Shown piece by piece: positions 1 to 11,047 of a DNA stretch of 64,000 nt; position 1 is the stretch's first letter; each line of letters opens with the position of its first letter. Source of the DNA: Eukaryota sp. TZLM1-RC (taxonomy: Eukaryota > Protista > Metamonada: BaSk clade); contig JAUPSS010000003.1 in assembly GCA_040285825.1 (NCBI GenBank), forward strand, positions 3,472,001 through 3,536,000. Reading direction: 5' to 3'. The notes beneath the pieces were generated by a model. That model had not been told where the DNA came from, did not search any database, and was given only the letters and a program-made list of their open reading frames with translations. The position numbers were made by a program, and so were the translations under genes.

Positions 1-7
1 TCCGTAT

Positions 8-1519
8 TTGATTGCTCAATCAGTCTCCCGACCTCCATCCACGTCATCACTGCTAGTTTCCGGTTACATTCGAGGAGCACCTATCTGCGTCAATAGATTA
101 ATTCATTTAAATAATTTTGGGGACTTTATTGTCAATTCAATCAAAGTAGAAGATGATCCGCTCAAAACACACGGTCAAAATGATGACGTCATCATATCAC
201 GTGATCCAACACGTGGAGATGATCTTCAGTTTGTCAGACCAGTTGACTGGACAGCTGGAGAACAAACTTGGCCAACAGAAGAAGAGCTCAATGACACATG
301 TCAACAGTTCAGTGACGAGGAGGGTGAAAATTTTAGTTCGTCAGACGAAAGTTCTGATGATGAATGTAACATTAATGTCAATGAACTAGACATTGATGCT
401 GGTGAGGAAATAGGTCAAAGTATCACATCATCAGGTCAAAATCATGACGTGATCGATACCACTGACATGGCATGTGATCATATTTCGGACAATGATGATG
501 TTCCCGACTTTGATTTTGTTCCAAGAGCAGAAGATGAACTTCAATTTCCAGAGGAAGTTGAAACGTCACCGCACACGTCAGCACAGGTCTTATTTAAACA
601 TTTTAGGGGGTTAGAATCATTAAGAACCTCACCTTGGGATCCAAAAGAGAATTTACCAAAAAATTATTCAAGAATTTTTGGAATCCACGACTATAAAGTC
701 ATTAGTAAAATGGCTCAAAGGAGAGCTCAAGTAGTTGATAATGATGACGTGATTGCTTCAGGAAACTACGTGACCATTGAGTTATTCAATGTTCCTTCTG
801 ATTTTGAGGACAAGTTTTCTCAATTTGAGTCCATTCTATCCTTGTCGGGGTTAATGAAGAATGAGGGTAAAATGACAATGATCCACTGTGCATTAATCCT
901 TGAAGGGGAAGAAGACGAAAAACTTTTGGAATCTTTTAACGAGATCTCAGTCAGATTAGGTATCAAGAAACTGGTCATTCGCCCAGTGTTTTCTGAGAAA
1001 CTATCGGGTTCTGATAAGTTGAAATATTGTAAGAATGTCTATGCAAAAAGAACATATGTCATGTCATTTTATGGTCCTTTATTTTACGCTCCTATGCCAA
1101 TATTATTGATTAATCAATCAAAACTGATCGGTTATGGATCAGTGATTAGTTGCGATCCCGATTTGATTATTCTTCAAAAGATTATCCTCACCGGATATCC
1201 AATCAAAATTCATAAGGCAACTGCAACAATTAGATACATGTTCTTCAATAGAGAAGATATTCTATTCTTCAAACCTGTTCGTCTATGGACAAGAGATGGG
1301 CTTAATGGTAACATTATTGCCCCTATAGGAACTCATGGTCATATGAAGTGTAGATTTAGTGCCACATTAAAATCTTCTGATACAGTTTGTATGTCATTAT
1401 TTAAAAGAATTTATCCAAAATTTGATACCAAGTTTTTGGTTCATTTAAATGATCCGATCAACATGGAAGCTGACGTTTTAGAAGAAGAGTATTTACCTTA
1501 TGGTTTAGTATCTCCTTAG
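8..1519 (+). CDS. TSR1: Pre-rRNA processing protein TSR1 (5' part lies outside the window)
   Basis: Motifs EQTWPTEEE, FPEEVET, LRTSPWDPKENLP, GTHGHMKCRF and MSLFKRIYPK of the Tsr1/Bms1 C-terminal domain. Confidence 0.92.
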   Translation: MIAQSVSRPPSTSSLLVSGYIRGAPICVNRLIHLNNFGDFIVNSIKVEDDPLKTHGQNDDVIISRDPTRGDDLQFVRPVDWTAGEQTWPTEEELNDTCQQFSDEEGENFSSSDESSDDECNINVNELDIDAGEEIGQSITSSGQNHDVIDTTDMACDHISDNDDVPDFDFVPRAEDELQFPEEVETSPHTSAQVLFKHFRGLESLRTSPWDPKENLPKNYSRIFGIHDYKVISKMAQRRAQVVDNDDVIASGNYVTIELFNVPSDFEDKFSQFESILSLSGLMKNEGKMTMIHCALILEGEEDEKLLESFNEISVRLGIKKLVIRPVFSEKLSGSDKLKYCKNVYAKRTYVMSFYGPLFYAPMPILLINQSKLIGYGSVISCDPDLIILQKIILTGYPIKIHKATATIRYMFFNREDILFFKPVRLWTRDGLNGNIIAPIGTHGHMKCRFSATLKSSDTVCMSLFKRIYPKFDTKFLVHLNDPINMEADVLEEEYLPYGLVSP

Positions 1520-1843
1520 TTTTTAGTCTTATTACTTATAAATTAATAGTTTTTCCAATTGATTTGTTTTCAATGATGTTGAATATTTATTAAGTAAAGG
1601 TAATTGAAAGCAACAATCAATTTCAAGATGTGACTTCAATTGTTGAGCACATTATGTATATCAAAATGAACCAATAAAGTATTTGGTCTAAATACTGTCT
1701 GGAACTACAACAACAAGTCGGAACTTATGTTTGCTTTGGTTGACATGAGAGGAATTGAACCTTTGATCTGGTTGAACTTTGACAACTAATGGTGACTCAC
1801 CATGAAGAACTTGAGTTGTCCATTCACAACTTAATTTATACTC

Positions 1844-3040
1844 ATGAAAAGTATACTGCTACTTCTGCTCTTCACATTTTGTTTAGCCCACGTCTACTTC
1901 CAGGAAACCTTTGACAACACTGATGCATGGGTACAGTCTAAGCATCAAAATGGAGAGTTTGTTCTTTCTCCTGTCAACGAGGAGTATCCTGAAGACCTTG
2001 GCCTTAAAACCAACGTTGATGCTCGCTTTTATGCATATTCTGCCAAGTTTAATGCGGTTCATTCCAATAAGGACAAGCCTCTTGTTCTTTCCTATCAAGT
2101 AAAGAACACACAAGAGCGTTTCTCCTGTGGAGGTAGTTACATTAAGCTTTTGCCTGCAGATGTTGACCAAGAAAACTTTAATGGGGACTCAAAGTACATT
2201 ATTATGTTTGGTCCTGACCAGTGTGGCAGTAGCAAAAAGCTCCACTTTATTCTGTCCAAGGATGAGTCCACCCCTGCCAACCACCAATGGAAGCATGTAG
2301 ACAGCCATAAAGTTCGTCCCCCAACAGATAAGAAGAGCCACGTGTTTACTCTTGTTGTTTTGCCTGACAACACTTACCAAGTGTATGTTGACAAGAATCT
2401 CAAGCAAGCTGGCTCCATTGCTGATGATTTCGACATACTGCCCCCAAAAACCATTCCTGATCCTCTCCATGTACGACCTGACGACTGGGACGAGGAAGAG
2501 TACATTGACGATCCTGAAGACCTTATTCCTGATGATTACCCCAATGAATTTATCCCTGATCCAGAGGCAGAAAAGCCTGAAGAATGGGATGAAGAAGAAG
2601 ATGGCCAATGGGAAGCTCCTTTGATCAAGAACCCAGAGTACAAGCCCTTTAAGCCAAAAAAGATTAAAAATCCTAATTATAATGGAAAATGGCAAGAAAA
2701 ATACATTTCAAACCCTGAATTTGAGAAGGTTTCTCACTTGGAAAATTCCCTTTACATTGTTGAAAATATTGGAGCAATTGGTTTTGATCTTTGGACGGTA
2801 GAATCTGGTTCAGTTTTTGATAACGTTATTGTTGCTGATAACTTGGACGAAGTTTGGGATTTTGTAGACAACACCTATGGAAAACTACAAGATTTGGAGA
2901 ATGAGAAACATCAAAAAGCCGAAGAACAGAAGAAGAAAGAAGATGAAGAAAGGAGAAAGAAATGGGAGAAGGAAAGAGAGGAGAAGGTTGTTGAGCAATC
3001 AAATGATGAAGAATTTGATTCTGAATTTGATGAACTTTGA
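1844..3040 (+). CDS. CALR: Calreticulin
   Basis: Signal peptide, CGGSYIKL, IMFGPDQCG, P-domain repeats (IPDP...KPEEWDEEEDGQW), acidic tail ending FDEL. Confidence 0.95.
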   Translation: MKSILLLLLFTFCLAHVYFQETFDNTDAWVQSKHQNGEFVLSPVNEEYPEDLGLKTNVDARFYAYSAKFNAVHSNKDKPLVLSYQVKNTQERFSCGGSYIKLLPADVDQENFNGDSKYIIMFGPDQCGSSKKLHFILSKDESTPANHQWKHVDSHKVRPPTDKKSHVFTLVVLPDNTYQVYVDKNLKQAGSIADDFDILPPKTIPDPLHVRPDDWDEEEYIDDPEDLIPDDYPNEFIPDPEAEKPEEWDEEEDGQWEAPLIKNPEYKPFKPKKIKNPNYNGKWQEKYISNPEFEKVSHLENSLYIVENIGAIGFDLWTVESGSVFDNVIVADNLDEVWDFVDNTYGKLQDLENEKHQKAEEQKKKEDEERRKKWEKEREEKVVEQSNDEEFDSEFDEL

Positions 3041-3119
3041 TAGTTTAGTTATTGAATTGTAAACAATATACTATTTTGTACTAATTGTATTTGTGTTTTG
3101 TTTAAACAAGAAGAATTGA

Positions 3120-3249
3120 CCATTATGTTAAGTAATTCTAACTAGAGAGGTCTATTGTCCAAATTTTTAGACTACAACGAACTCTATTCAAATCATAGTT
3201 GGTGTAAGGTCCATTATGTTAAGAAATTCTAACTAGAGAGGTCTATTGT
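3120..3249 (+). repeat. 39 bp direct repeat pair (CCATTATGTTAAGWAATTCTAACTAGAGAGGTCTATTGT) with ~52 bp spacer; mirrored at ~3628-3757
   Basis: Copies at 3120-3158 and 3211-3249 differ at one base. Confidence 0.85.
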
Positions 3250-3836
3250 TTATTGTTACTAAGTATGTGAATTTGCCTATCGGTTCAATAAACAAATCCA
3301 AACTGCATAAATTCACATATTATTCAATGCAACTTCCTTATTCTAAACGTTGGCTCTTCTATAGAAATTGATAACTGCAGTGCTGTTTCATTCAAATCTG
3401 CTAGATTAAATGAAAAAACGGAATACCGTATTTGATAATGATGGAGAAAATTGGTATTCACCAACATCATAATCTAGCAGATTTGAATGAAACAGCACTG
3501 CAGTTATCAATTTCTATAGAAGAGCCAACGTTTAGAATAAGGAAGTTGCATTGAATAATATGTGAATTTATGCAGTTTGGATTTGTTTATTGAACCGATA
3601 GCAAATTCACATACTTAGTAACAATAAACAATAGACCTCTCTAGTTAGAATTTCTTAACATAATGGACCTTACACCAACTATGATTTGAATAGAGTTCGT
3701 TGTAGTCTAAAAATTTGGACAATAGACCTCTCTAGTTAGAATTACTTAACATAATGGTCAATTCTTCTTGTTTAAACAAAACACAAATACAATTAGTACA
3801 AAATAGTATATTGTTTACAATTCAATAACTAAACTA

Positions 3837-5033
3837 TCAAAGTTCATCAAATTCAGAATCAAATTCTTCATCATTTGATTGCTCAACAACCTTCTCCTCT
3901 CTTTCCTTCTCCCATTTCTTTCTCCTTTCTTCATCTTCTTTCTTCTTCTGTTCTTCGGCTTTTTGATGTTTCTCATTCTCCAAATCATGTAGTTTTCCAT
4001 AGGTGTTGTCTACAAAATCCCAAACTTCGTCCAAGTTATCAGCAACAATAACGTTATCAAAAACTGAACCAGATTCTACCGTCCAAAGATCAAAACCAAT
4101 TGCTCCAATATTTTCAACAATGTAAAGGGAATTTTCCAAGTGAGAAACCTTCTCAAATTCAGGGTTTGAAATGTATTTTTCTTGCCATTTTCCATTATAA
4201 TTAGGATTTTTTAATCTTTTTGGCTTAAAGGGCTTGTACTCTGGGTTCTTGATCAAAGGAGCTTCCCATTGGCCATCTTCTTCTTCATCCCATTCTTCAG
4301 GCTTTTCTGCCTCTGGATCAGGGATAAATTCATTGGGGTAATCATCAGGAATAAGGTCTTCAGGATCGTCAATGTACTCTTCCTCGTCCCAGTCGTCAGG
4401 TCGTACATGGAGAGGATCAGGAATGGTTTTTGGGGGCAGTATGTCGAAATCATCAGCAATGGAGCCAGCTTGCTTGAGATTCTTGTCAACATACACTTGG
4501 TAAGTGTTGTCAGGCAAAACAACAAGAGTAAACACGTGGCTCTTCTTATCTGTTGGGGGACGAACTTTATGGCTGTCTACATGCTTCCATTGGTGGTTGG
4601 CAGGGGTGGACTCATCCTTAGACAGAATAAAGTGGAGCTTTTTGCTACTGCCACACTGGTCAGGACCAAACATAATAATGTACTTTGAGTCCCCATTAAA
4701 GTTTTCTTGGTCAACATCTGCAGGCAAAAGCTTAATGTAACTACCTCCACAGGAGGAACGCTCTTGTGTGTTCTTTACTTGATAGGAAAGAACAAGAGGC
4801 TTGTCCTTATTGGAATGAACCGCATTAAACTTGGCAGAATATGCATAAAAGCGAGCATCAACGTTGGTTTTAAGGCCAAGGTCTTCAGGATACTCCTCGT
4901 TGACAGGAGAAAGAACAAACTCTCCATTTTGATGCTTAGACTGTACCCATGCATCAGTGTTGTCAAAGGTTTCCTGGAAGTAGACGTGGGCTAAACAAAA
5001 TGTGAAGAGCAGAGGTAGCAGTATACTTTTCAT
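3837..5033 (-). CDS. CALR: Calreticulin, inverted duplicate
   Basis: Intact 398 aa ORF differing from the first copy at about five residues (L>P in the signal peptide, F>S before CGG, KI>RL, Q>H). Confidence 0.9.
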   Translation of the reverse strand: MKSILLPLLFTFCLAHVYFQETFDNTDAWVQSKHQNGEFVLSPVNEEYPEDLGLKTNVDARFYAYSAKFNAVHSNKDKPLVLSYQVKNTQERSSCGGSYIKLLPADVDQENFNGDSKYIIMFGPDQCGSSKKLHFILSKDESTPANHQWKHVDSHKVRPPTDKKSHVFTLVVLPDNTYQVYVDKNLKQAGSIADDFDILPPKTIPDPLHVRPDDWDEEEYIDDPEDLIPDDYPNEFIPDPEAEKPEEWDEEEDGQWEAPLIKNPEYKPFKPKRLKNPNYNGKWQEKYISNPEFEKVSHLENSLYIVENIGAIGFDLWTVESGSVFDNVIVADNLDEVWDFVDNTYGKLHDLENEKHQKAEEQKKKEDEERRKKWEKEREEKVVEQSNDEEFDSEFDEL

Positions 5034-5374
5034 GAGGATAAATTAAGTTTGAATGGACAACTCAAGTTCTTCATGGTGAGTCACCATTAGTTGTCAGAGT
5101 TCAACCAACCCCTATACATTGTACAGATCATAGGTTCAATTCCTCTCATGTCAGCCAAAGCAAACATAAGTTCCGACTTGTTGTTGTAGTTCCAGACAAT
5201 ATTTAGACCAAATACTTTATTGGTTCATTTTGATATACATAATGTGCTCAACAATTGAAGTCACATCTTGAAATTGATTGTTGCTTTCAATTACCTTTAC
5301 TCATCAAATATTCAACATCATTGAAAACAAATCAATTGGAAAAACTATTAATTTATAAGTAATAAGACTAAAAA

Positions 5375-5670
5375 CTAAGGAGATACTAAACCATAAGGTA
5401 AATACTCTTCTTCTAAAACGTCAGCTTCCATGTTGATCGGATAATTTAAATGAACCAAAAACTTGGTATCAAATTTTGGATAAATTCTTTTAAATAATGA
5501 CATACAAACTGTATCAGAAGATTTTAATGTGGCACTAAATCTACACTTCATATGACCATGAGTTGCTATAGGGACAATAATGTTACCATTAAGCCCATCT
5601 CTTGTCCATATACGAACAGGTTTGAAGAATAGAATATCTTCTCTATTGAAAAACATGTATCTAATTGTTG
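5375..5670 (-). pseudogene. TSR1 3' fragment at the end of the palindrome arm
   Basis: 93 aa nearly identical to the TSR1 C-terminus; homology stops at 5670. Confidence 0.9.
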
Positions 5671-5818
5671 GTGAAAAAGCTATTGTTTTTCGAGTGATGA
5701 CGTGGTGATGACGTCGAGTTTAGTCAAAGAATCTTTGTGATGAATTTATTTTCAAAAACAATTTCTCAAGATTGAAAATTAAAGATAAAGAATGAAATAG
5801 ACTAAATTAAATAATAGA

Positions 5819-8800
5819 CTAAAAACTAGATAACAATTGTAGTTGACATTGAGGTTTAGTTGAAAACAATTCTTGTTTTTGTTCCTGGTTCAAGTTATTC
5901 AAAAAACATTTAATAAACTCAATCATTGAATTTTTGAGTGAATCAACATCAAAATCACGCCAGCTATCCACAAAGGGTCTGTCAAGTGTCAACATTATCA
6001 AAAAGCAATCAAAAATGATTGATTTTGACTGTGTACTGAAATGTCCAAGGTTTAACAACGCCTTGACAATGGTTGAGTCTTCAGATAAGTCCTTTTTTAG
6101 GGGTAAAGATGACTTGATGTGAAACAGAAATTCATCGCAATTAACTAAATTCAGAGGAACCAAAAATTCAGCCAAAGAAGTCAAACTGCTAATCAAATTA
6201 TCAACCGTATCAGTTTCAAAGGAATTCTGTTGACTTAGCGACTGTAGTGTTTTGAAAAGCTCAAAAACAGTCGTTGACTGATCCTTGCCGCAAATTTTGA
6301 CTATTCCACTAGCCAAAACGGCACCATTTCGCACCATAACCTCATAATTACTGGTCAAAGACTTGTGAATTAACCTGAACAAATCACACTGTGGAAAATG
6401 TTCAATTAAAACTCCAGCCAAATTAAAACTGAAGTCCGCCAACACCCCCACACAAGTAGCCAAAACTTCCATGTCGGAAACAGAGGTCAAAATAGTGATG
6501 ATTTGATTGATTAAAGGCACACTTCGACCAGAAAAAGAATGGCCACACGAGTAAACAAGAGCCGCAATAACATCACAAGCTGAATCGAATAAGTTTCTTA
6601 ATGGTCCTGAGAAGGGGTTAATTTGGTCTTCGCAATCATCATCGTCATCATTGAATATTGATTGACAGACAGTTTCCGCTTTCAGCACATTGTTGACTGT
6701 CCGACAGACCAAATCAATCATTGAGTCATCAGAATTCAATAACAAAGGCCCAAAATGTCCAAGTAGTTCTCTTAGACACTCCAAAGCACAATCAGCCACT
6801 TCAAAAGATTCATGATCAGTGATCATTTCACAGAAATTCTCAATCAAAAATGATTGAAACGGCTTTAATTCAGCTGGTAATTGACCGTCTTGACCACACC
6901 TCCATTGACGACGACTGGGATCAACACCTCCTTGACAGATGAACAAATTGCACAAACATTTGATTGATTCCGTAATGACTTCTGGAAAAGGAGTGTTCAA
7001 ACAATTGGAGATTAATGGGGCAAACACGAAGGCCTTTTGCTTGAAATAGACTGGTGAATGCTGTGCGACTGTGGAAATGCAACTGACAATGGATAGTAAT
7101 TCATTAGCAAAAGAAAATGATCGTGCAGATAAAGAATCATTGCAATCAGAATCGTCATCGACTAGGTCAAAAACCTGTTGATTTGGTTGACAAGAAACTC
7201 CTTGTTCCTTGAATTCTCGTGAACTTTTCGAATTTTTGAGCTCCTTGATCACGTCATCATGGCATTGATCACGTGACTGCAGAATATTCAAACACAGATT
7301 TTCAACCTTGTCAAATAGATGACTTCCCTTTTCTCCCATTACCTCAATTAATCTGGCAATATAAACCAAAACAAAAGGAAACACAACGTGAGAGTCAACA
7401 GAAGTCAACAAAGAAAGTGCTTGACTAGTTGCCGATTCTAGAATAGATATGATATATTCCCTCGATTCAGGAACCTTTGAATAGGTAGAAGAAAGCAAAA
7501 TTCCCAAGAACTCAATTGACCTTCCTACCACTTCTGAACCTTTACTCTTGAATGTGGAGTTTGATAGAGTAAAATTAATTAAATTCAAATAATTTACAAA
7601 ATCTCTAGCAAATAAGTGAGGTACTACTGAAGAAAAAGAAGAAAGAGTAGAAAATAAAAGTTCAATTCTTTTGAATGATTGATCAATTAGATTTGATTGA
7701 TTGTGTACAAGAGAAAGTGGTGAGGCAATGCCACGTTGCAAGTTTTCAATCAAAATTTGAGCTAATGGTTCATAAATAGAGCTCAAAAAATCCCCAGACA
7801 ACTCAGAAATCTCAACCAAATGCTCGACCACACTCCAGCAGCGCCATTCTAAATCAAATGATTTATTGCGTGAGTCAACAATCAAATCACGTGTTTGGGT
7901 CAAAATGATTGGTGCTTTTTTGATAAAAATGTTGGACAATTGACCTTCTTCCAATTCAGAAAAAGATTCTGCCATCAAAGTGATGGAATTTAAAGCTGAT
8001 GACGTGACTTGAGGGTCAGAATCCCGCAAAAAACTAATCAAAAGATCAAAAAGATTCAATAAATGACCTTCATGTGTAGAATCTCCTTCAACAATTAATC
8101 TGGTCAACAGAAGCCCTAGTGCTGACGTGGCAGCGACACGTGCCATGACGTCACCTTTCATTTTTGTTTGACAAAACGACTCAAGAACAGGGAAAACAAC
8201 TGCTAACGAAACATTCTCAGCAAAGGCACTGACGGCAAGAAAAGCCCCAAAAGAAGGAGAATTTTGGTCATCAAAAGAATAAATATTTTTTGATTCAATA
8301 ATTCCAAATAAAAGATTAATTGCTGAATTACAATTAGGAATTCCAGACTTGGAAAAACAATAAGGTTTTGATTCAAAAAACATCTGAACACAACCGCACA
8401 ACCTGTTCAAAAATGATGAATTATGATCTACATATCGAGAAACTTCAAGACTACAATTGACAACTTGGCAAAATAGTTGGAACAGTGCAGGTTTTTTCAT
8501 AAACTTCACAGGAGAAGAAATAATTTCTTCAAATACGTCAAAAACCTGGCAGCACAAATCAAAGTTAGGTAGCAACTTAATCAATAAAGGCACAAAGTTA
8601 CAGACAATTTGTTTGTGGGCCTTTGAAGAGTCCAACCAATCAATCAACAAAGAAAAGCAAGATAAAACAAGAGAAAGAATAACAATGTCTGAAGAGGAGG
8701 TAAGGTCGGCAAGAATCCTTGCAATGTTGACATATTGATGACGTAATGACCCACCAGATCGGTCTAATAAAGCTTTGAGAACATGAAGGGCAGGGATAGG

Positions 8801-9184
8801 GTTAGGTGAAGAGAGAGAGGTGACAAGAAATGAGGGAAGTTCAGGCCATGACCCAGAAGGAATGGTAGCGGCTGCAATGACGGCAATGACATCAGAAAGA
8901 GCGGAGACTAGGGTTTGAGAGGAGGTGACGAGAGAAAGGAGAGATGATTGTATAGAAGACTTTGTTCCAGTGGGGAGAGTTGGCCAGTGAGCGCATATAG
9001 ACCGACGGAGAAGGATACAAGCAACGTGGTGGATTTGATGAGATGATTGGGTATTCAATACAGATAGTAGATGTGTACATGATTCTGGGGACTTTTCATA
9101 ATTGAGAAGGAATTGCTCAGCCTCTGCTCTGTGTGAAGAGATGGGATCTATGAATGATGAAAGTGCATGGAGAAGAGTGTCCAT
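5819..9184 (-). CDS. Importin-beta family HEAT-repeat protein (importin-4/Kap123-like)
   Basis: IBN_N-like start (RAEAEQFL...ACILLRR), WPEL motif, C-terminal LPLKKDLSE. First ATG taken at MDTLLH. Confidence 0.8.
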   Translation of the reverse strand: MDTLLHALSSFIDPISSHRAEAEQFLLNYEKSPESCTHLLSVLNTQSSHQIHHVACILLRRSICAHWPTLPTGTKSSIQSSLLSLVTSSQTLVSALSDVIAVIAAATIPSGSWPELPSFLVTSLSSPNPIPALHVLKALLDRSGGSLRHQYVNIARILADLTSSSDIVILSLVLSCFSLLIDWLDSSKAHKQIVCNFVPLLIKLLPNFDLCCQVFDVFEEIISSPVKFMKKPALFQLFCQVVNCSLEVSRYVDHNSSFLNRLCGCVQMFFESKPYCFSKSGIPNCNSAINLLFGIIESKNIYSFDDQNSPSFGAFLAVSAFAENVSLAVVFPVLESFCQTKMKGDVMARVAATSALGLLLTRLIVEGDSTHEGHLLNLFDLLISFLRDSDPQVTSSALNSITLMAESFSELEEGQLSNIFIKKAPIILTQTRDLIVDSRNKSFDLEWRCWSVVEHLVEISELSGDFLSSIYEPLAQILIENLQRGIASPLSLVHNQSNLIDQSFKRIELLFSTLSSFSSVVPHLFARDFVNYLNLINFTLSNSTFKSKGSEVVGRSIEFLGILLSSTYSKVPESREYIISILESATSQALSLLTSVDSHVVFPFVLVYIARLIEVMGEKGSHLFDKVENLCLNILQSRDQCHDDVIKELKNSKSSREFKEQGVSCQPNQQVFDLVDDDSDCNDSLSARSFSFANELLSIVSCISTVAQHSPVYFKQKAFVFAPLISNCLNTPFPEVITESIKCLCNLFICQGGVDPSRRQWRCGQDGQLPAELKPFQSFLIENFCEMITDHESFEVADCALECLRELLGHFGPLLLNSDDSMIDLVCRTVNNVLKAETVCQSIFNDDDDDCEDQINPFSGPLRNLFDSACDVIAALVYSCGHSFSGRSVPLINQIITILTSVSDMEVLATCVGVLADFSFNLAGVLIEHFPQCDLFRLIHKSLTSNYEVMVRNGAVLASGIVKICGKDQSTTVFELFKTLQSLSQQNSFETDTVDNLISSLTSLAEFLVPLNLVNCDEFLFHIKSSLPLKKDLSEDSTIVKALLNLGHFSTQSKSIIFDCFLIMLTLDRPFVDSWRDFDVDSLKNSMIEFIKCFLNNLNQEQKQELFSTKPQCQLQLLSSF

Positions 9185-9270
9185 GCGTCCTAGTCTGAAT
9201 AGTTGCAAATATAATACCAAAGTATCCCCTTCGAATAATCAAGAATTGAAAAAGCAGAAGAAATATGCTT

Positions 9271-9495
9271 TGATGCTTTGTCAAGCTGCTTTTGTTGGCA
9301 GTGGAAAGAATTTTTTTTGAATTTCTCAATCTTTTCCCTGAAGATAGACAATTTGCTTAATCCATCACTTTCCAAATATTTGTATGAATTTGATGTTGTG
9401 ATTAATACAATTGCACCAGAAATTTGCTGTCAATGTTTTCCCGACTCAGTTCAAGAGATTCCTCCACGAAATTTAGTTAATTTAAGGTAATGTGT
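9271..9495 (+). mobile_element. RLE-type non-LTR retrotransposon fragment (older copy, left part; continues at 17524)
   Basis: CQAAFVGSGKNF...QCFPDSVQEIPPRNLVN matches the copy at 46387-46764. Confidence 0.75.
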
Positions 9496-10896
9496 AATTT
9501 CGATTATTGGTTCTTATGAAAGCATTTTTAGGGTTTCTCAAGGCATTGCTGCGAAATACAAAGACATTGGATTAGCCTTGAGTCCCGCAAAATTTCTCTT
9601 GGAAGAACAAAACAATCTCTATTGATTGATGATGTTCAAATTCCTTTCATCAATTATGAACAACAAGCGTTCAAGTTTCTTGGATGTTGGTTAGGTAATT
9701 TGGATGAAATTTATTCCCAACTGAACAATTTATTGGAAAATTTTGACAAGGATCATAGTTTTATTGCTGAATTTGATATCGAAAAACACATCAATTTTGT
9801 TATTTTAAAAATTTGTTATTCTGCAAAATTCACTCATATTTTAAGGTCAACTCCTCCTTCAGTATTTCTTGATTTTTGTAGAACTTTTAACAAGCTTCGG
9901 GACAAATTTTTTTCCTCATTATTGGAGGTAAATGAATCTTTAATTCGAAGTCATGTTTTTTGTTCTGCTGAGTTAGGTGGAATTGGTTTCACGAAATCTT
10001 CGATTTTATGTCAAGCAGCTGTTTTAGGAGGTGGAAAAATTTTGTTTTTGAAAGGTTTCCTGATGATGTTCATCTGATCCATGGTTAATCAAAATTTTTA
10101 TTTGAATCAACTTCAAATTGAATTAGATAATTTGCCTAGTGATATCTGGATTCGGTGTTTTTCTCAAAATATTCAAGAAATTCCCACCCGATCGCTTCCA
10201 AACTTACGTTTTTGCTTGAATAAAGCTTCAGCACCATCTGGTCAAATTATATGAAGGTTTGGATTATGAAGTAAGAATTAGCTTGGCCAAAACTACAAAT
10301 CCCGCTTTCGGTAATTTTTTTTAAAGGATTACGTAATTTTTCTGCTGCTGCGTCAGTAACTCAAATTCCCTCTGTTTATGGACTTTTGTTAAAAAACAAT
10401 GAATGGCTTCTAAACATGCGTTTTCGTTGTTTTCTGTGGCCAAACAATTTGCCCAATCATTTAACTTGTAAATGTGGTAAACCTCTTTTGTTTACTCATT
10501 TTTTGAACTGCAAACATTTCATTTCGTTTAGAAGCAAAGTGCATAATAACGTCAGGGACCATTTATGTAATGTGCAAATCATATCGAGTAGATTCCTTTT
10601 TAGCACCACTGTTAACCAAATTAAATCTTGATGATCCCAATATTGATGATACACGTTACAATAGAGCTTCTATGGGTCTGACAAGAAATGATCTAGTTGT
10701 TCCCGGTTTAAATGGTAGTTTTACTATTTTAGACGCCAAGTCTATTGACCCTTGTAATTCCTCTAACGAACATCTCATTAACTTGGATGTAAATAATCCA
10801 TTTCTTGCAGGCAAAAAATATAAAATTGCTCAATATGCGAAACCCATTTCCTCGATTAATAAAAATTCTTATGCCCAATATAATTTATGTCCCTTT

Positions 10897-11047
10897 TGTT
10901 AGCTGGAGCTAAACGTGACTTTCCTCTTTAGGAAAGAAGATCACGTCATCATTAGTTTAAATTCTAGTTATGTTTTATTTAGTTTGATTTCTTATATTCT
11001 GTTCATAAACTTCTGTTTTGTTTATGTTTAGTGCACGAAAAGCAACA
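10897..11047 (+). repeat. 5' LTR
   Basis: TGTTAGCT...AGCAACA, identical to 17062-17212. Confidence 0.97.

Larger units (their letters stand above)
1224..5670. repeat. Large inverted duplication (palindrome): arms ~1224-3408 and ~3470-5670, ~61 bp spacer
   Basis: The right arm is the reverse complement of the left, with scattered substitutions and a short indel near 5107-5125. It contains the TSR1 3' end and the whole calreticulin gene. Confidence 0.95.

Noticed and set aside
3120-3249. CRISPR array
   Set aside because: Only two repeats per arm, a eukaryotic context and no cas genes.
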